From: an uncultured virus (IMG/VR IMGVR_UViG_3300032181_000411)
Lineage: Duplodnaviria; Heunggongvirae; Uroviricota; Caudoviricetes
IMG/VR virus record: IMGVR_UViG_3300032181_000411
Strand: one strand, 5' to 3'
DNA: 64,000 bases
The position numbers were made by a program, and so were the translations under genes. Under the pieces are notes generated by a model that did not search any database, had not been told where the DNA came from, and worked only from the letters and a program-made list of their open reading frames with translations. This document shows positions 54,984 to 62,852 of this stretch, piece by piece; position 1 is the stretch's first letter, and every line of letters begins with the position of its first letter.

Positions 54984-55786
54984 TGCTAGGCCAACACTTC
55001 TATAACGAAGCAATACGTAAGACGGTTATTGGTTTCGGTACATTATTCAACAACATCGAACTCAAGAAAGTAGATCCCAACACAGGTGACGTGTTGGAGG
55101 TTGAAAAGGTTCCTCTTGCTTATGGTCCCAAGCAGAAGTTCTTGACACGTCTAGAACAAAATCCTGATGTGGGAAGAAAAGTTGCTATTACTTTACCACG
55201 TCTATACTTTGAGATGACAAGCATCAATTATGATGCTGCCAGAAAAACAAGTCCTGTACAGAAGTACAGAACAGTTATCAATGATGACGGCACAGAAGTT
55301 AAGTCACAGTATGTTCCAGTTCCATACGATATGGAATTTGAACTAGGAATCATTGCTAAAAATCAAGACGATGGTCTTCAGATTATTGAGCAAATCTTAC
55401 CATTCTTCCAACCCAACTTTAATATCACTCTCAACATGATTAGTGATATGGATGAGAAAAGAGATATTGCTATTGTGTTAAACAATATCAACTATGAAGA
55501 TGATTGGGATGATAATTTCTTAGATCGTAGAAGTATTGTGTGGTCATTGAATTTTACTGCTAAGTCTTACATCTACGGTCCTTATAGTAATAGTGGTATT
55601 ATTCGTAAGGCAACTATTTACGAATCACTTGGAGACCTTGAGCAGAGTAGAAGAACTGCTGCCTATAGTTACTCACCTAAGGCACTAGAAGATAAAGATG
55701 GAGATGGAGTTATCACTGCTGCTGATGATGAACTAGTCATCTCTACCGATGACTTTGGATTTAATGAGGGGATTGAAATCTTATGA
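54983..55786 (+). CDS. g15: tail sheath stabiliser / tail terminator gp15
   Basis: FGTLFNNI, VPLAYGP..KFL.RL, LPR, QI.EQILPFFQP, F..K.Y.YGP. Confidence 0.93.
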   Translation: MLGQHFYNEAIRKTVIGFGTLFNNIELKKVDPNTGDVLEVEKVPLAYGPKQKFLTRLEQNPDVGRKVAITLPRLYFEMTSINYDAARKTSPVQKYRTVINDDGTEVKSQYVPVPYDMEFELGIIAKNQDDGLQIIEQILPFFQPNFNITLNMISDMDEKRDIAIVLNNINYEDDWDDNFLDRRSIVWSLNFTAKSYIYGPYSNSGIIRKATIYESLGDLEQSRRTAAYSYSPKALEDKDGDGVITAADDELVISTDDFGFNEGIEIL

Positions 55787-56196
55787 GCAAGTTTGAAGAT
55801 AATATGGAAGACATGTTCGACATCGAAGTCGAGTCGTCAGATGTTGAACCTAAGAAACCACCTATTCCAAAACAAAAAGATGATCAGGATGCTGACTACG
55901 AGTATACCCGTGGTCAGTTGTACAACTTAATAATGAAAGGTCAGGAGGCGCTAGACGGCGCTCTAGAGGTTGCTCAGGAGTCTGGACACCCTAGGGCATA
56001 TGAAGTCGCTGTAAACGCCATGAAGCAGGTAGCAGACACCACTGACAAGCTCATGGAATTACAGAAGAGAATGAAAGACCTCGAAGCACCAACAAAACAA
56101 AAAGCAGGTAATACTACCAACAATTTATTTGTAGGTAGTACAGCAGATCTTCAAAAAATGCTCAAGCAAATAAATAAAGATAAATCAGATGAGTAA
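55783..56196 (+). CDS. g16: terminase small subunit gp16
   Basis: DYEYTR..LY.LI.KG, HPRAYEV, TNN.FVGSTADLQK. Confidence 0.92.
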   Translation: MSKFEDNMEDMFDIEVESSDVEPKKPPIPKQKDDQDADYEYTRGQLYNLIMKGQEALDGALEVAQESGHPRAYEVAVNAMKQVADTTDKLMELQKRMKDLEAPTKQKAGNTTNNLFVGSTADLQKMLKQINKDKSDE

Positions 56197-56434
56197 CATG
56201 GCAACCCACGTACCAAATACAGAAGACGTTTTTTTCAACGTTGAATATGCCAGAAGAGTGAAAGCAACTCTCATAGCAGATCAGGTTATGGAGATTATAG
56301 TTAAAGGTGAGAATGGAATTGTATCTTCCAGGTTCCAATTACCTCCAAAAGAAGAAGTTTTTTTCAATAAAGGAGCATCCGATTATATTTTTGCTCCCCA
56401 TAGAGCTGTCGTACAAGTAGAGAAAGTCTTCTAA
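56189..56434 (+). CDS. hypothetical protein (small beta-rich paralogue 1)
   Basis: 81 aa tracked ORF. Confidence 0.6.
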   Translation: MSNMATHVPNTEDVFFNVEYARRVKATLIADQVMEIIVKGENGIVSSRFQLPPKEEVFFNKGASDYIFAPHRAVVQVEKVF

Positions 56435-56462
56435 TAAATAAGAAAAAGGATAAGGGAGAGTC

Positions 56463-56909
56463 ATGATCATCAGACCACAAGGTAAAGTAACGGTAGTTGA
56501 TGGAACCACAATTACTGGTGATCATTCTGTTGCGCTTGCAACAGCAGTTCATTTGAAAACAAAAGAACTGTATCGTGCTCGCTGGATCAAAGTAACAAAT
56601 GCCACCGATGCTCGTATCGTAGCAAGAAGAACCAAGATTCAAGCTATTGATCCTGCCACTGGAGAACCAACTCATTTTGAAGTTATCCAAAACGTAGAAA
56701 CAGATAACTATCCATCAATGGTTATTGAATCTGGAGAAACTGTATATCTCGAAAAGAATCCTGGTCAGACTCCTATTGAGGATCCCCAAGGTCCAACATA
56801 CGAAATTGTTCAAATAGATCAGAACGGACAAGTCTATTCGTTGTTCCAAGTTGATGGTGCTCCCACTTCTGGTAATGTCTATGTCTCCCCTGTAGCAATC
56901 CTAGGATGA
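56463..56909 (+). CDS. hypothetical protein (small beta-rich paralogue 2)
   Basis: 148 aa; TAAATA box and GGAG RBS upstream. Confidence 0.7.
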   Translation: MIIRPQGKVTVVDGTTITGDHSVALATAVHLKTKELYRARWIKVTNATDARIVARRTKIQAIDPATGEPTHFEVIQNVETDNYPSMVIESGETVYLEKNPGQTPIEDPQGPTYEIVQIDQNGQVYSLFQVDGAPTSGNVYVSPVAILG

Positions 56910-57175
56910 ACGTAATCAAACTCTTGGGTCAAGCAACTCAACTCACCACAACACCAGATACCGTTGACTCTGGCGAAAGAATTCTCTGTCAGCATAACCA
57001 TGCTGGTGGTAACGCTCATCTAATTATCCACAAGAATGCTGGTGGCGATGTGCTTGGTAGTTTCTACCTTGCTCCACACAGACCAGTTGTTATTGATAAG
57101 CAACCTACTGATACGTTGGAAACTGAAGCGGCAGTTACTGACATCTATGCCACATCTATCGCTCACATGGGGTAA
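56906..57175 (+). CDS. hypothetical protein (small beta-rich paralogue 3)
   Basis: 89 aa; ATGA coupling. Confidence 0.7.
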   Translation: MNVIKLLGQATQLTTTPDTVDSGERILCQHNHAGGNAHLIIHKNAGGDVLGSFYLAPHRPVVIDKQPTDTLETEAAVTDIYATSIAHMG

Positions 57176-57180
57176 TAAAT

Positions 57181-57462
57181 ATGAAGTCGTTTAAAGATCT
57201 GAGGCATGACCTCCAAGAAGCAGCCTGGACAAGGAAAGAAGGAAAGTCCAAGTCAGGCGGACTCAACGAAAAAGGACGGAAGTCTTACGAGAGAGAAAAT
57301 CCTGGATCAGACCTTAAGGCACCATCAAAGAAGGTTGGAAATCCCCGTAGGAAATCCTTCTGTGCTCGAATGAAAGGTATGAAAGCGAAGTTGACTTCCA
57401 AGAAGACAGCACGTGATCCAGACTCCCGTATTAACAAATCCTTACGTGCCTGGAATTGTTGA
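57181..57462 (+). CDS. basic putative head-internal protein (DUF6321-like)
   Basis: MKSFKDL...LQE leader resembling a capsid-targeting sequence; AW.RKEGK...GGLN, RRKSFCARM, SRIN..LR.WNC. Confidence 0.7.
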   Translation: MKSFKDLRHDLQEAAWTRKEGKSKSGGLNEKGRKSYERENPGSDLKAPSKKVGNPRRKSFCARMKGMKAKLTSKKTARDPDSRINKSLRAWNC

Positions 57463-57497
57463 CCTGAATAGATATAATTACATTATTAGAATGGCAT

Positions 57498-57653
57498 ATG
57501 GAAATGAGACTAAACTCCGACGACATTGCACGGTTGATTCGTGCCTGTGAAATGTACAAGGACTACACTGGATCAGAATATATGTGGGATGAATATGATC
57601 GTCTTGAAAAAAAATTGATGTATTACGAAGAAGAAAATTGCCCTGAGGACTAG
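57498..57653 (+). CDS. hypothetical protein, 51 aa (ACEMYKDYTGSEYMWDEY)
   Basis: Translated by hand; below the ORF-track cutoff. Confidence 0.6.
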   Translation: MEMRLNSDDIARLIRACEMYKDYTGSEYMWDEYDRLEKKLMYYEEENCPED

Positions 57654-57877
57654 GTGTATCGAGAACCTCACTTAAATGAGAAGAATGCTGAATGTGCCAA
57701 ACTGTGGCATGAATGGTATAGCTTGTTTCTAAAAAAGCATTAGGGGCACCAGACGTTAGACAGCAATGGTGCCAGTGCTGTGATGAACTCAGTGAGATGT
57801 TAAGTCAGGAAGTCAAGACAAACCCACGTTACAATAAGCTTCGGAGCAACTTGAATACGCCTGAACCTGATAGATAA
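57654..57877 (+). CDS. small gene with candidate -1 ribosomal frameshift (29 aa short form, 74 aa long form)
   Basis: GTG start; in-frame A_AAA_AAG 57731-57737, TAG 57741-57743; the -1 frame stays open to TAA 57875-57877. Confidence 0.55.
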
Positions 57878-57897
57878 GGTAGTTGCTATAAAGTTAT

Positions 57898-58221
57898 ATG
57901 AAGTTTATTCTAGGACTTCTAGCCACAATGTTTCTTGCCCTCCCAGCGTGGGCAGTCGATGTCCAAATGGGATACGACGGAAACCTCGTTTTCGAACCAG
58001 CCGAAGTTACCATTTCCGCTGGTGAGTCAGTTCATTTTGTTAATAATATGCTTCCTCCTCATAATGTAGTAGTGGAAGATCATCCAGAGATTTCACACGA
58101 AGGTCTCGCTATGATGCCTGGTGAAGAGTTCGATGTTGAATTTACCGAAGCAGGTGACTATACTTACTGGTGTGGTCCCCATAAGGGGGCTGGTATGATC
58201 GGTACAGTACACGTAGAATGA
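57898..58221 (+). CDS. petE: plastocyanin
   Basis: Signal peptide; L.FEP, PHNVV, C.PH.GAGM copper ligands. Confidence 0.95.
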   Translation: MKFILGLLATMFLALPAWAVDVQMGYDGNLVFEPAEVTISAGESVHFVNNMLPPHNVVVEDHPEISHEGLAMMPGEEFDVEFTEAGDYTYWCGPHKGAGMIGTVHVE

Positions 58222-58721
58222 TGAAAAAATTTAATGAGGTTGTTTTAAATGTCACAGTAGCGATACTTGATTTTTTGTATCAAGGTCGTGACATACAACG
58301 TTTTTGGGTGCTTGAGACTATTGCTCGGGCACCCTATTTTGCTTTCTTGAGTGTCTTACATTTCAAGGAGTCTCTAGGTCTCAGGACCCCAGAACACTTT
58401 GACCTGATGGTAGAACACTTCGAGCAAACAGTTAATGAAACCGTACACTTAGAGGAGATGGAACGCCGTGGTGGACATACTGCTTGGATTGATAGGTTCT
58501 TCGCTTATCATTTGGTGCTGGTCTACTATTGGATTATGGTCGCTTATTTTGCTGTGTTGCCTAGGTATGCTTATCATCTGAACTCGGAAGTAGAACTTCA
58601 CGCTTCTGTGACATACGCAAAGTATCTTGTTACAAATCCTGACGATCAGAAAATCATCGATATAATGAATGATGAATTACACCACTACCAAGAGTTAGTC
58701 TTGGCTATGGAGAAAATCTGA
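58218..58721 (+). CDS. ptox: plastoquinol terminal oxidase (PTOX, short phage form)
   Basis: RFWVLETIARAPYFAF.SVLH, NE..HL, E.E.HA..TY, DE..H di-iron motifs. Confidence 0.92.
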   Translation: MMKKFNEVVLNVTVAILDFLYQGRDIQRFWVLETIARAPYFAFLSVLHFKESLGLRTPEHFDLMVEHFEQTVNETVHLEEMERRGGHTAWIDRFFAYHLVLVYYWIMVAYFAVLPRYAYHLNSEVELHASVTYAKYLVTNPDDQKIIDIMNDELHHYQELVLAMEKI

Positions 58722-58939
58722 TGTTCAAAAACTGGGGCAAAGGTATAGAACCACCCGAATTCACAACTAAAGAAGAAGTACAGGAGATGATCGACGATGC
58801 CATACGAAAGCATAATCGTAATGCTTCAATTATCAGTATGTGTGTTGGTTGGGTTGTTCTTGCACTTTTTGCTGAGGGTCTGCTTAGACTCATTGGAGTA
58901 ATCGATCCCGTATTCCCATGGCTCAACATACACTTATAA
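58721..58939 (+). CDS. small membrane protein
   Basis: AIRKHNRNASIISM followed by a hydrophobic helix. Confidence 0.65.
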   Translation: MFKNWGKGIEPPEFTTKEEVQEMIDDAIRKHNRNASIISMCVGWVVLALFAEGLLRLIGVIDPVFPWLNIHL

Positions 58940-59100
58940 TTGAATGGATAGGTATAATCCTAGCACTTGTGTTTGGAGTAACTATGTTCTGCCAAGGACA
59001 TGCTATCTTCCATGGTAAATACGGGTACAAACACACAGAGCGTGAGAAGAAAAAAATGTCTGACGCTCGTAAACAAGTAGAGGATTTATTTAAAAAATGA
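58918..59100 (+). CDS. small membrane protein
   Basis: Hydrophobic helix followed by QGH.IFHG..GYKH. Confidence 0.6.
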   Translation: MAQHTLIIEWIGIILALVFGVTMFCQGHAIFHGKYGYKHTEREKKKMSDARKQVEDLFKK

Positions 59101-60143
59101 AAGTAGGAATTATCGGATTGGGTCGTATGGGTGAGGGTATGTCCCGCCGTATGATCTCAGCAGGACACGAAGTACATGGTTATCGAAACAATGTTAAAAA
59201 AGCTGAAGAACAATATGAGAAGGGTTATATCAGTGGATATACCACTTCTGTGGAAAGCCTTGTTCAAGTAGTTCACAACGGACGTGGAGTGTTTGGAGAT
59301 GAGTCATTCAAACCTGGCGTCTTTATGATGGTTGTACCAGCAGAAACTGTAGAGGACACACTTAATGACTTACTACGATATTGTCGTGAAGGCGACATTA
59401 TTATTGATCATGGCAATTCCAATTTTAAAGACTCTAGACGCAGGGCAGAAAGGTTGTCTAAACTTGGCATCCAATATATTGACTGTGGTACTAGTGGTGG
59501 TGTTTATGGTTTGGACCGTGGATACTGTCTTATGGTTGGGGGCAGAGATACTGCAGTCGCCACTTGTGCGCCAATTTTTAACGCCCTCTCCCCAGGTATC
59601 TCTGCCGCCGAACGTACACAACCTAATGATTTCGTAACACAAGCAGAAATGGGTTGGTTACATTGTGGTGGTCCAGGTGCTGGACACTTCGTTAAGATGG
59701 TCCACAATGGTATTGAATACGGTATTATGCAAGCATATGCCGAAGGTTTTAATATTCTACATGAAGCAAATGCTGGATCTAAGTATGTCAAAGAAGGAGA
59801 CGCCGAGGTTGCCCCAATGGACTGCCCCGCCGATTATTGCTACGACATTAAAGTTGATGAGGTGGCTGAGCTTTGGCGTCGTGGTAGCGTGGTTGGTAGT
59901 TGGTTACTTGACCTTACCGCTGTTGTACTACGCCGCGATAGAGAGCTTAGCAAGTTCGATGGGGGAGTATCAGACTCTGGTGAGGGGCGTTGGACTGTTC
60001 ACGCTGCTGTGGATCTTGGCGTACCCGCTCCTGTCATCAGCAGTGCGTTGTGGGCACGTTTTGAGTCGCGCCGTCTTGGTGCTTTCACAGCCAAGGTTTT
60101 GAATGGAATGAGAGCTATGTTTGGTGGTCATGACGTTCGCTGA
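59097..60143 (+). CDS. gnd: 6-phosphogluconate dehydrogenase (short type)
   Basis: GIIGLGRMG, DHGNS, D.GTSGG, GAGHFVKMVHNGIEYG, DSGEGRW, FGGH. Confidence 0.95.
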   Translation: MKVGIIGLGRMGEGMSRRMISAGHEVHGYRNNVKKAEEQYEKGYISGYTTSVESLVQVVHNGRGVFGDESFKPGVFMMVVPAETVEDTLNDLLRYCREGDIIIDHGNSNFKDSRRRAERLSKLGIQYIDCGTSGGVYGLDRGYCLMVGGRDTAVATCAPIFNALSPGISAAERTQPNDFVTQAEMGWLHCGGPGAGHFVKMVHNGIEYGIMQAYAEGFNILHEANAGSKYVKEGDAEVAPMDCPADYCYDIKVDEVAELWRRGSVVGSWLLDLTAVVLRRDRELSKFDGGVSDSGEGRWTVHAAVDLGVPAPVISSALWARFESRRLGAFTAKVLNGMRAMFGGHDVR

Positions 60144-60261
60144 TGTCTTACTTTGGGCAGCACTACCTTTTGTATGTGCCACCATCTATTTCGGGAAACG
60201 AAAAGGTGAAAATAACTATTACGAATCAGACGACTACGATGGAAACGGAACCGCTCACTAA
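60130..60261 (+). CDS. ndhP: NdhP-like small subunit of NDH-1
   Basis: Translated by hand, 43 aa: TM helix, FG, then YYESDDYDGNGTAH, matching the NdhP tail. Confidence 0.75.
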   Translation: MTFADVLLWAALPFVCATIYFGKRKGENNYYESDDYDGNGTAH

Positions 60262-61576
60262 AGGAATTGTTATCTTCGGAGCAACGGGAGACCTTTGTAA
60301 GAAGAAACTAATTCCTGCTCTTTATAAACTGTGGAAGAAAGATCTTCTTCCACACAATTTTTTAATCACTGGTTGTGCCAGAAGACAACCAACAGCAGCA
60401 CAATGGAAAGAATCTCTTGGTGATTATCCAGAAGAGTTTTTCCATCAACTAGACTACGTTTCAGCGGACTTGGACAATGTTGACACTCTCAGTCACCTTC
60501 CTGATTACCTCCACGATAATACTTATTTTCTTTCGGTTCCTCCCGAAAGATATGCTAACGCTATTGTCAATCTCAAAGAGGCAGGTAAACTCAATGACCC
60601 CGAAGCATCCCGTGTGGTTATTGAGAAACCCTTTGGGTACGATTATAAATCTGCTGATAATCTACAGTCTGTGGTGGAGCGACATCTACGGGAGAAACAA
60701 GTATATCGCATTGACCATTATCTTGGCAAAGATACTGTTAATAACATACTTGCTACTAGGTTTAGCAATATTCTGCTGGAACCACTTTGGAATCGCCAGT
60801 ACATAGACGAGATTCAAATCTTTGCTTCCGAAACTATTGGTTGTGAAGGTCGCTCACAATACTACGAGACTGCTGGTGCTGTACGTGACATGCTACAAAA
60901 CCACATTCTTCAAGTTCTAGCGTTGATTGCTATGGAACCCCCAAGCAAAATGAATGCAAGGGAAATCAGACGTGAAAAGACAAAAGTTCTCGCCGCTACT
61001 AGAATGAGCGGGAACATTATTTTGGGACAGTACGATGGTTACCGTAGCGAAGAGGGCGTTGATCCTAACAGTGGTACTCCTACCTATTTTGCTGGGACTC
61101 TATTCGTCGATAACTGGCGTTGGGAGGGGGTTCCTTTTAACGTCATGACAGGCAAGAAACTACCATATCAATGTGTAGAGGTAGTCATTAAACTCAAAGC
61201 ACCACCGCTAAAATTATATGAAGGAGAAGTTAACGACCGTATCGTCATGCGTCTACAGCCTAACCCTCATCTCGATATCCGTATGGATATTAAGTCACCT
61301 GGGCTCAATGACGACTTGGAGTTGGCAACACTCACCCACGCCTATCCACAGGACAGAGCAATAGATGGATATGAAAAACTTCTTTATGACGCTATCAATG
61401 GGGACCAGTCCCACTTTGTACACGCTGATGAAGTCATGGAGTCATGGAGGATCGTTGATGATCTTCTCTGTACTGGTGACAGTTGTCCCATTCGTACTGC
61501 TCCTTATCTCTATCTTGGTGGATGGGGACCGTCACACAAAACAGAATTCATAACCAACTGGGATTATCCAGCATGA
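60239..61576 (+). CDS. zwf: glucose-6-phosphate dehydrogenase
   Basis: IFGATGDL, VIEKPFG.D, YRIDHYLGK, RDMLQNH, RW.GVPF; ATG 60239 preferred over 60143. Confidence 0.95.
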   Translation: METEPLTKGIVIFGATGDLCKKKLIPALYKLWKKDLLPHNFLITGCARRQPTAAQWKESLGDYPEEFFHQLDYVSADLDNVDTLSHLPDYLHDNTYFLSVPPERYANAIVNLKEAGKLNDPEASRVVIEKPFGYDYKSADNLQSVVERHLREKQVYRIDHYLGKDTVNNILATRFSNILLEPLWNRQYIDEIQIFASETIGCEGRSQYYETAGAVRDMLQNHILQVLALIAMEPPSKMNAREIRREKTKVLAATRMSGNIILGQYDGYRSEEGVDPNSGTPTYFAGTLFVDNWRWEGVPFNVMTGKKLPYQCVEVVIKLKAPPLKLYEGEVNDRIVMRLQPNPHLDIRMDIKSPGLNDDLELATLTHAYPQDRAIDGYEKLLYDAINGDQSHFVHADEVMESWRIVDDLLCTGDSCPIRTAPYLYLGGWGPSHKTEFITNWDYPA

Positions 61577-61815
61577 AAAAAGAAGATGAAGAAAAGAAAA
61601 AAAGAATAGAAGAGATCAGTAAACATCTTCATCCACATAATGATGAACCTGATCCTACTGCCCACATGGGAAACTATAACTTCCCTCAAATGCTTTTTGC
61701 TTTCTGTGTCGGATTTTGCACCATGTTTGTCTTAGCAGTAGATGAGATAAACGATTTCAAAGGATGTCCACTACCCGAGTATTTCCAAAATGAATCACGT
61801 TCAGCTCCTGGTTAG
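61573..61815 (+). CDS. small membrane protein
   Basis: Tracked ORF 61483..61815; ATG 61573 coupled to the zwf stop. Confidence 0.55.
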   Translation: MKKEDEEKKKRIEEISKHLHPHNDEPDPTAHMGNYNFPQMLFAFCVGFCTMFVLAVDEINDFKGCPLPEYFQNESRSAPG

Positions 61816-61948
61816 ATCTGTTATGAATACCCCATGGTGCTTAGGTGTCATGGGGTTTTGTCTTGTATTTGTTCCCATCATAGGTATGCACCTTGTACAT
61901 AAATATGGTTGGGAACACTGGGAACCTTTCTCTAGGAGTCACAAATGA
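61790..61948 (+). CDS. small membrane protein, 52 aa (HKYGWEHWEPF)
   Basis: Translated by hand; TM helix and Trp/His-rich tail; ATGA coupling to the next ORF. Confidence 0.6.
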   Translation: MNHVQLLVRSVMNTPWCLGVMGFCLVFVPIIGMHLVHKYGWEHWEPFSRSHK

Positions 61949-62154
61949 ACCCCATAATTTTAGTTGGGTGCTTTACACCCCTCATCATCATTTTTATCGT
62001 GATGAAACTTGCTGTTTGGATTGATGCCGTAAATGCTGAACAGGATTATGTCAGACAAGAACCTTTACGAAAACGAGGACCCTTTGTGGAGAATCCATAT
62101 GCTGACGTTGATGAAGAGGAAGAGGAATATGGAGATCGGACAGACTATCGATAA
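61945..62154 (+). CDS. small membrane protein with acidic tail
   Basis: 69 aa; AGGAG RBS. Confidence 0.6.
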   Translation: MNPIILVGCFTPLIIIFIVMKLAVWIDAVNAEQDYVRQEPLRKRGPFVENPYADVDEEEEEYGDRTDYR

Positions 62155-62272
62155 AGCACTAGAAGAATATTATTCAGAAAAAGGTCTTCCAGTTCCTCGC
62201 TGGAAAAAGGAGAAACATTCCTGGTGGCGTGAATACTTAGAGTCATTAGGAATGGATCCCAATAACCCATGA
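62129..62272 (+). CDS. hypothetical protein
   Basis: Tracked ORF 62033..62272; ATG at 62129. Confidence 0.5.
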   Translation: MEIGQTIDKALEEYYSEKGLPVPRWKKEKHSWWREYLESLGMDPNNP

Positions 62273-62466
62273 ATGAAGAACAAGACTACGATTACGAAGT
62301 AAAGTTAACCATAGAAGATATCCATCTTCTACATCAATGTGTGCTGAAAAGAATTGAGACTTGGGAAGGTTCTCCCTCTCGACATCCCACTGAGCAAGAG
62401 CACCTCTGGTACTTAAGGGATTCTATGTATCGAATGATATTAGAATATAAATTTGAAAACATGTGA
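62269..62466 (+). CDS. hypothetical protein
   Basis: 65 aa; ATGA coupling. Confidence 0.6.
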   Translation: MNEEQDYDYEVKLTIEDIHLLHQCVLKRIETWEGSPSRHPTEQEHLWYLRDSMYRMILEYKFENM

Positions 62467-62550
62467 TATGCTTATCAAATCGTAGCCATTCTTTACACTA
62501 TTTTTTACTAGATAGTCTATAATACTAATAACCCTACGGAACGAACCAAA

Positions 62551-62832
62551 ATGGAAGATGACCGTCAATTTTCGGACTTATCTATGTCACGTGCTGAGTG
62601 TCCTAAGTGTGGAGCAACTTGGATCAACGGAGAACATAGATGGTCTGGTACGGGTGTAAAAGGCAGCGATTTAGATCTTGCTGGTTTGGTATGTAATAAA
62701 CTGGGTGATTTCCAGTGTATCAATCCAGCGAAAGGAAAGGATGGTGGAGATACCTGGGAGAAGAGAATGGAAGACCTTGACAAGTTTGGAGAGAAATACG
62801 AAGAGGGAGAATCCCAGTGGTGGAATAAATAG
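62551..62832 (+). CDS. hypothetical protein with four Cys (CPKC...C...CINP)
   Basis: 93 aa; directly upstream of g17. Confidence 0.7.
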   Translation: MEDDRQFSDLSMSRAECPKCGATWINGEHRWSGTGVKGSDLDLAGLVCNKLGDFQCINPAKGKDGGDTWEKRMEDLDKFGEKYEEGESQWWNK

Positions 62833-62852
62833 TTACATATGAATAGTATGTA

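Noticed and set aside
57760..57781. Pseudoknot (loop ACAGCA pairing with TGCTGT) as frameshift stimulator
   Set aside because: The connecting loop would be only 2 nt across a 7-bp stem, which is sterically unlikely; the simple hairpin is retained
60143..60238. N-terminal extension of zwf in the ORF track
   Set aside because: It overlaps the ndhP-like gene; ATG 60239 places the GATGDL motif at its usual distance from the start
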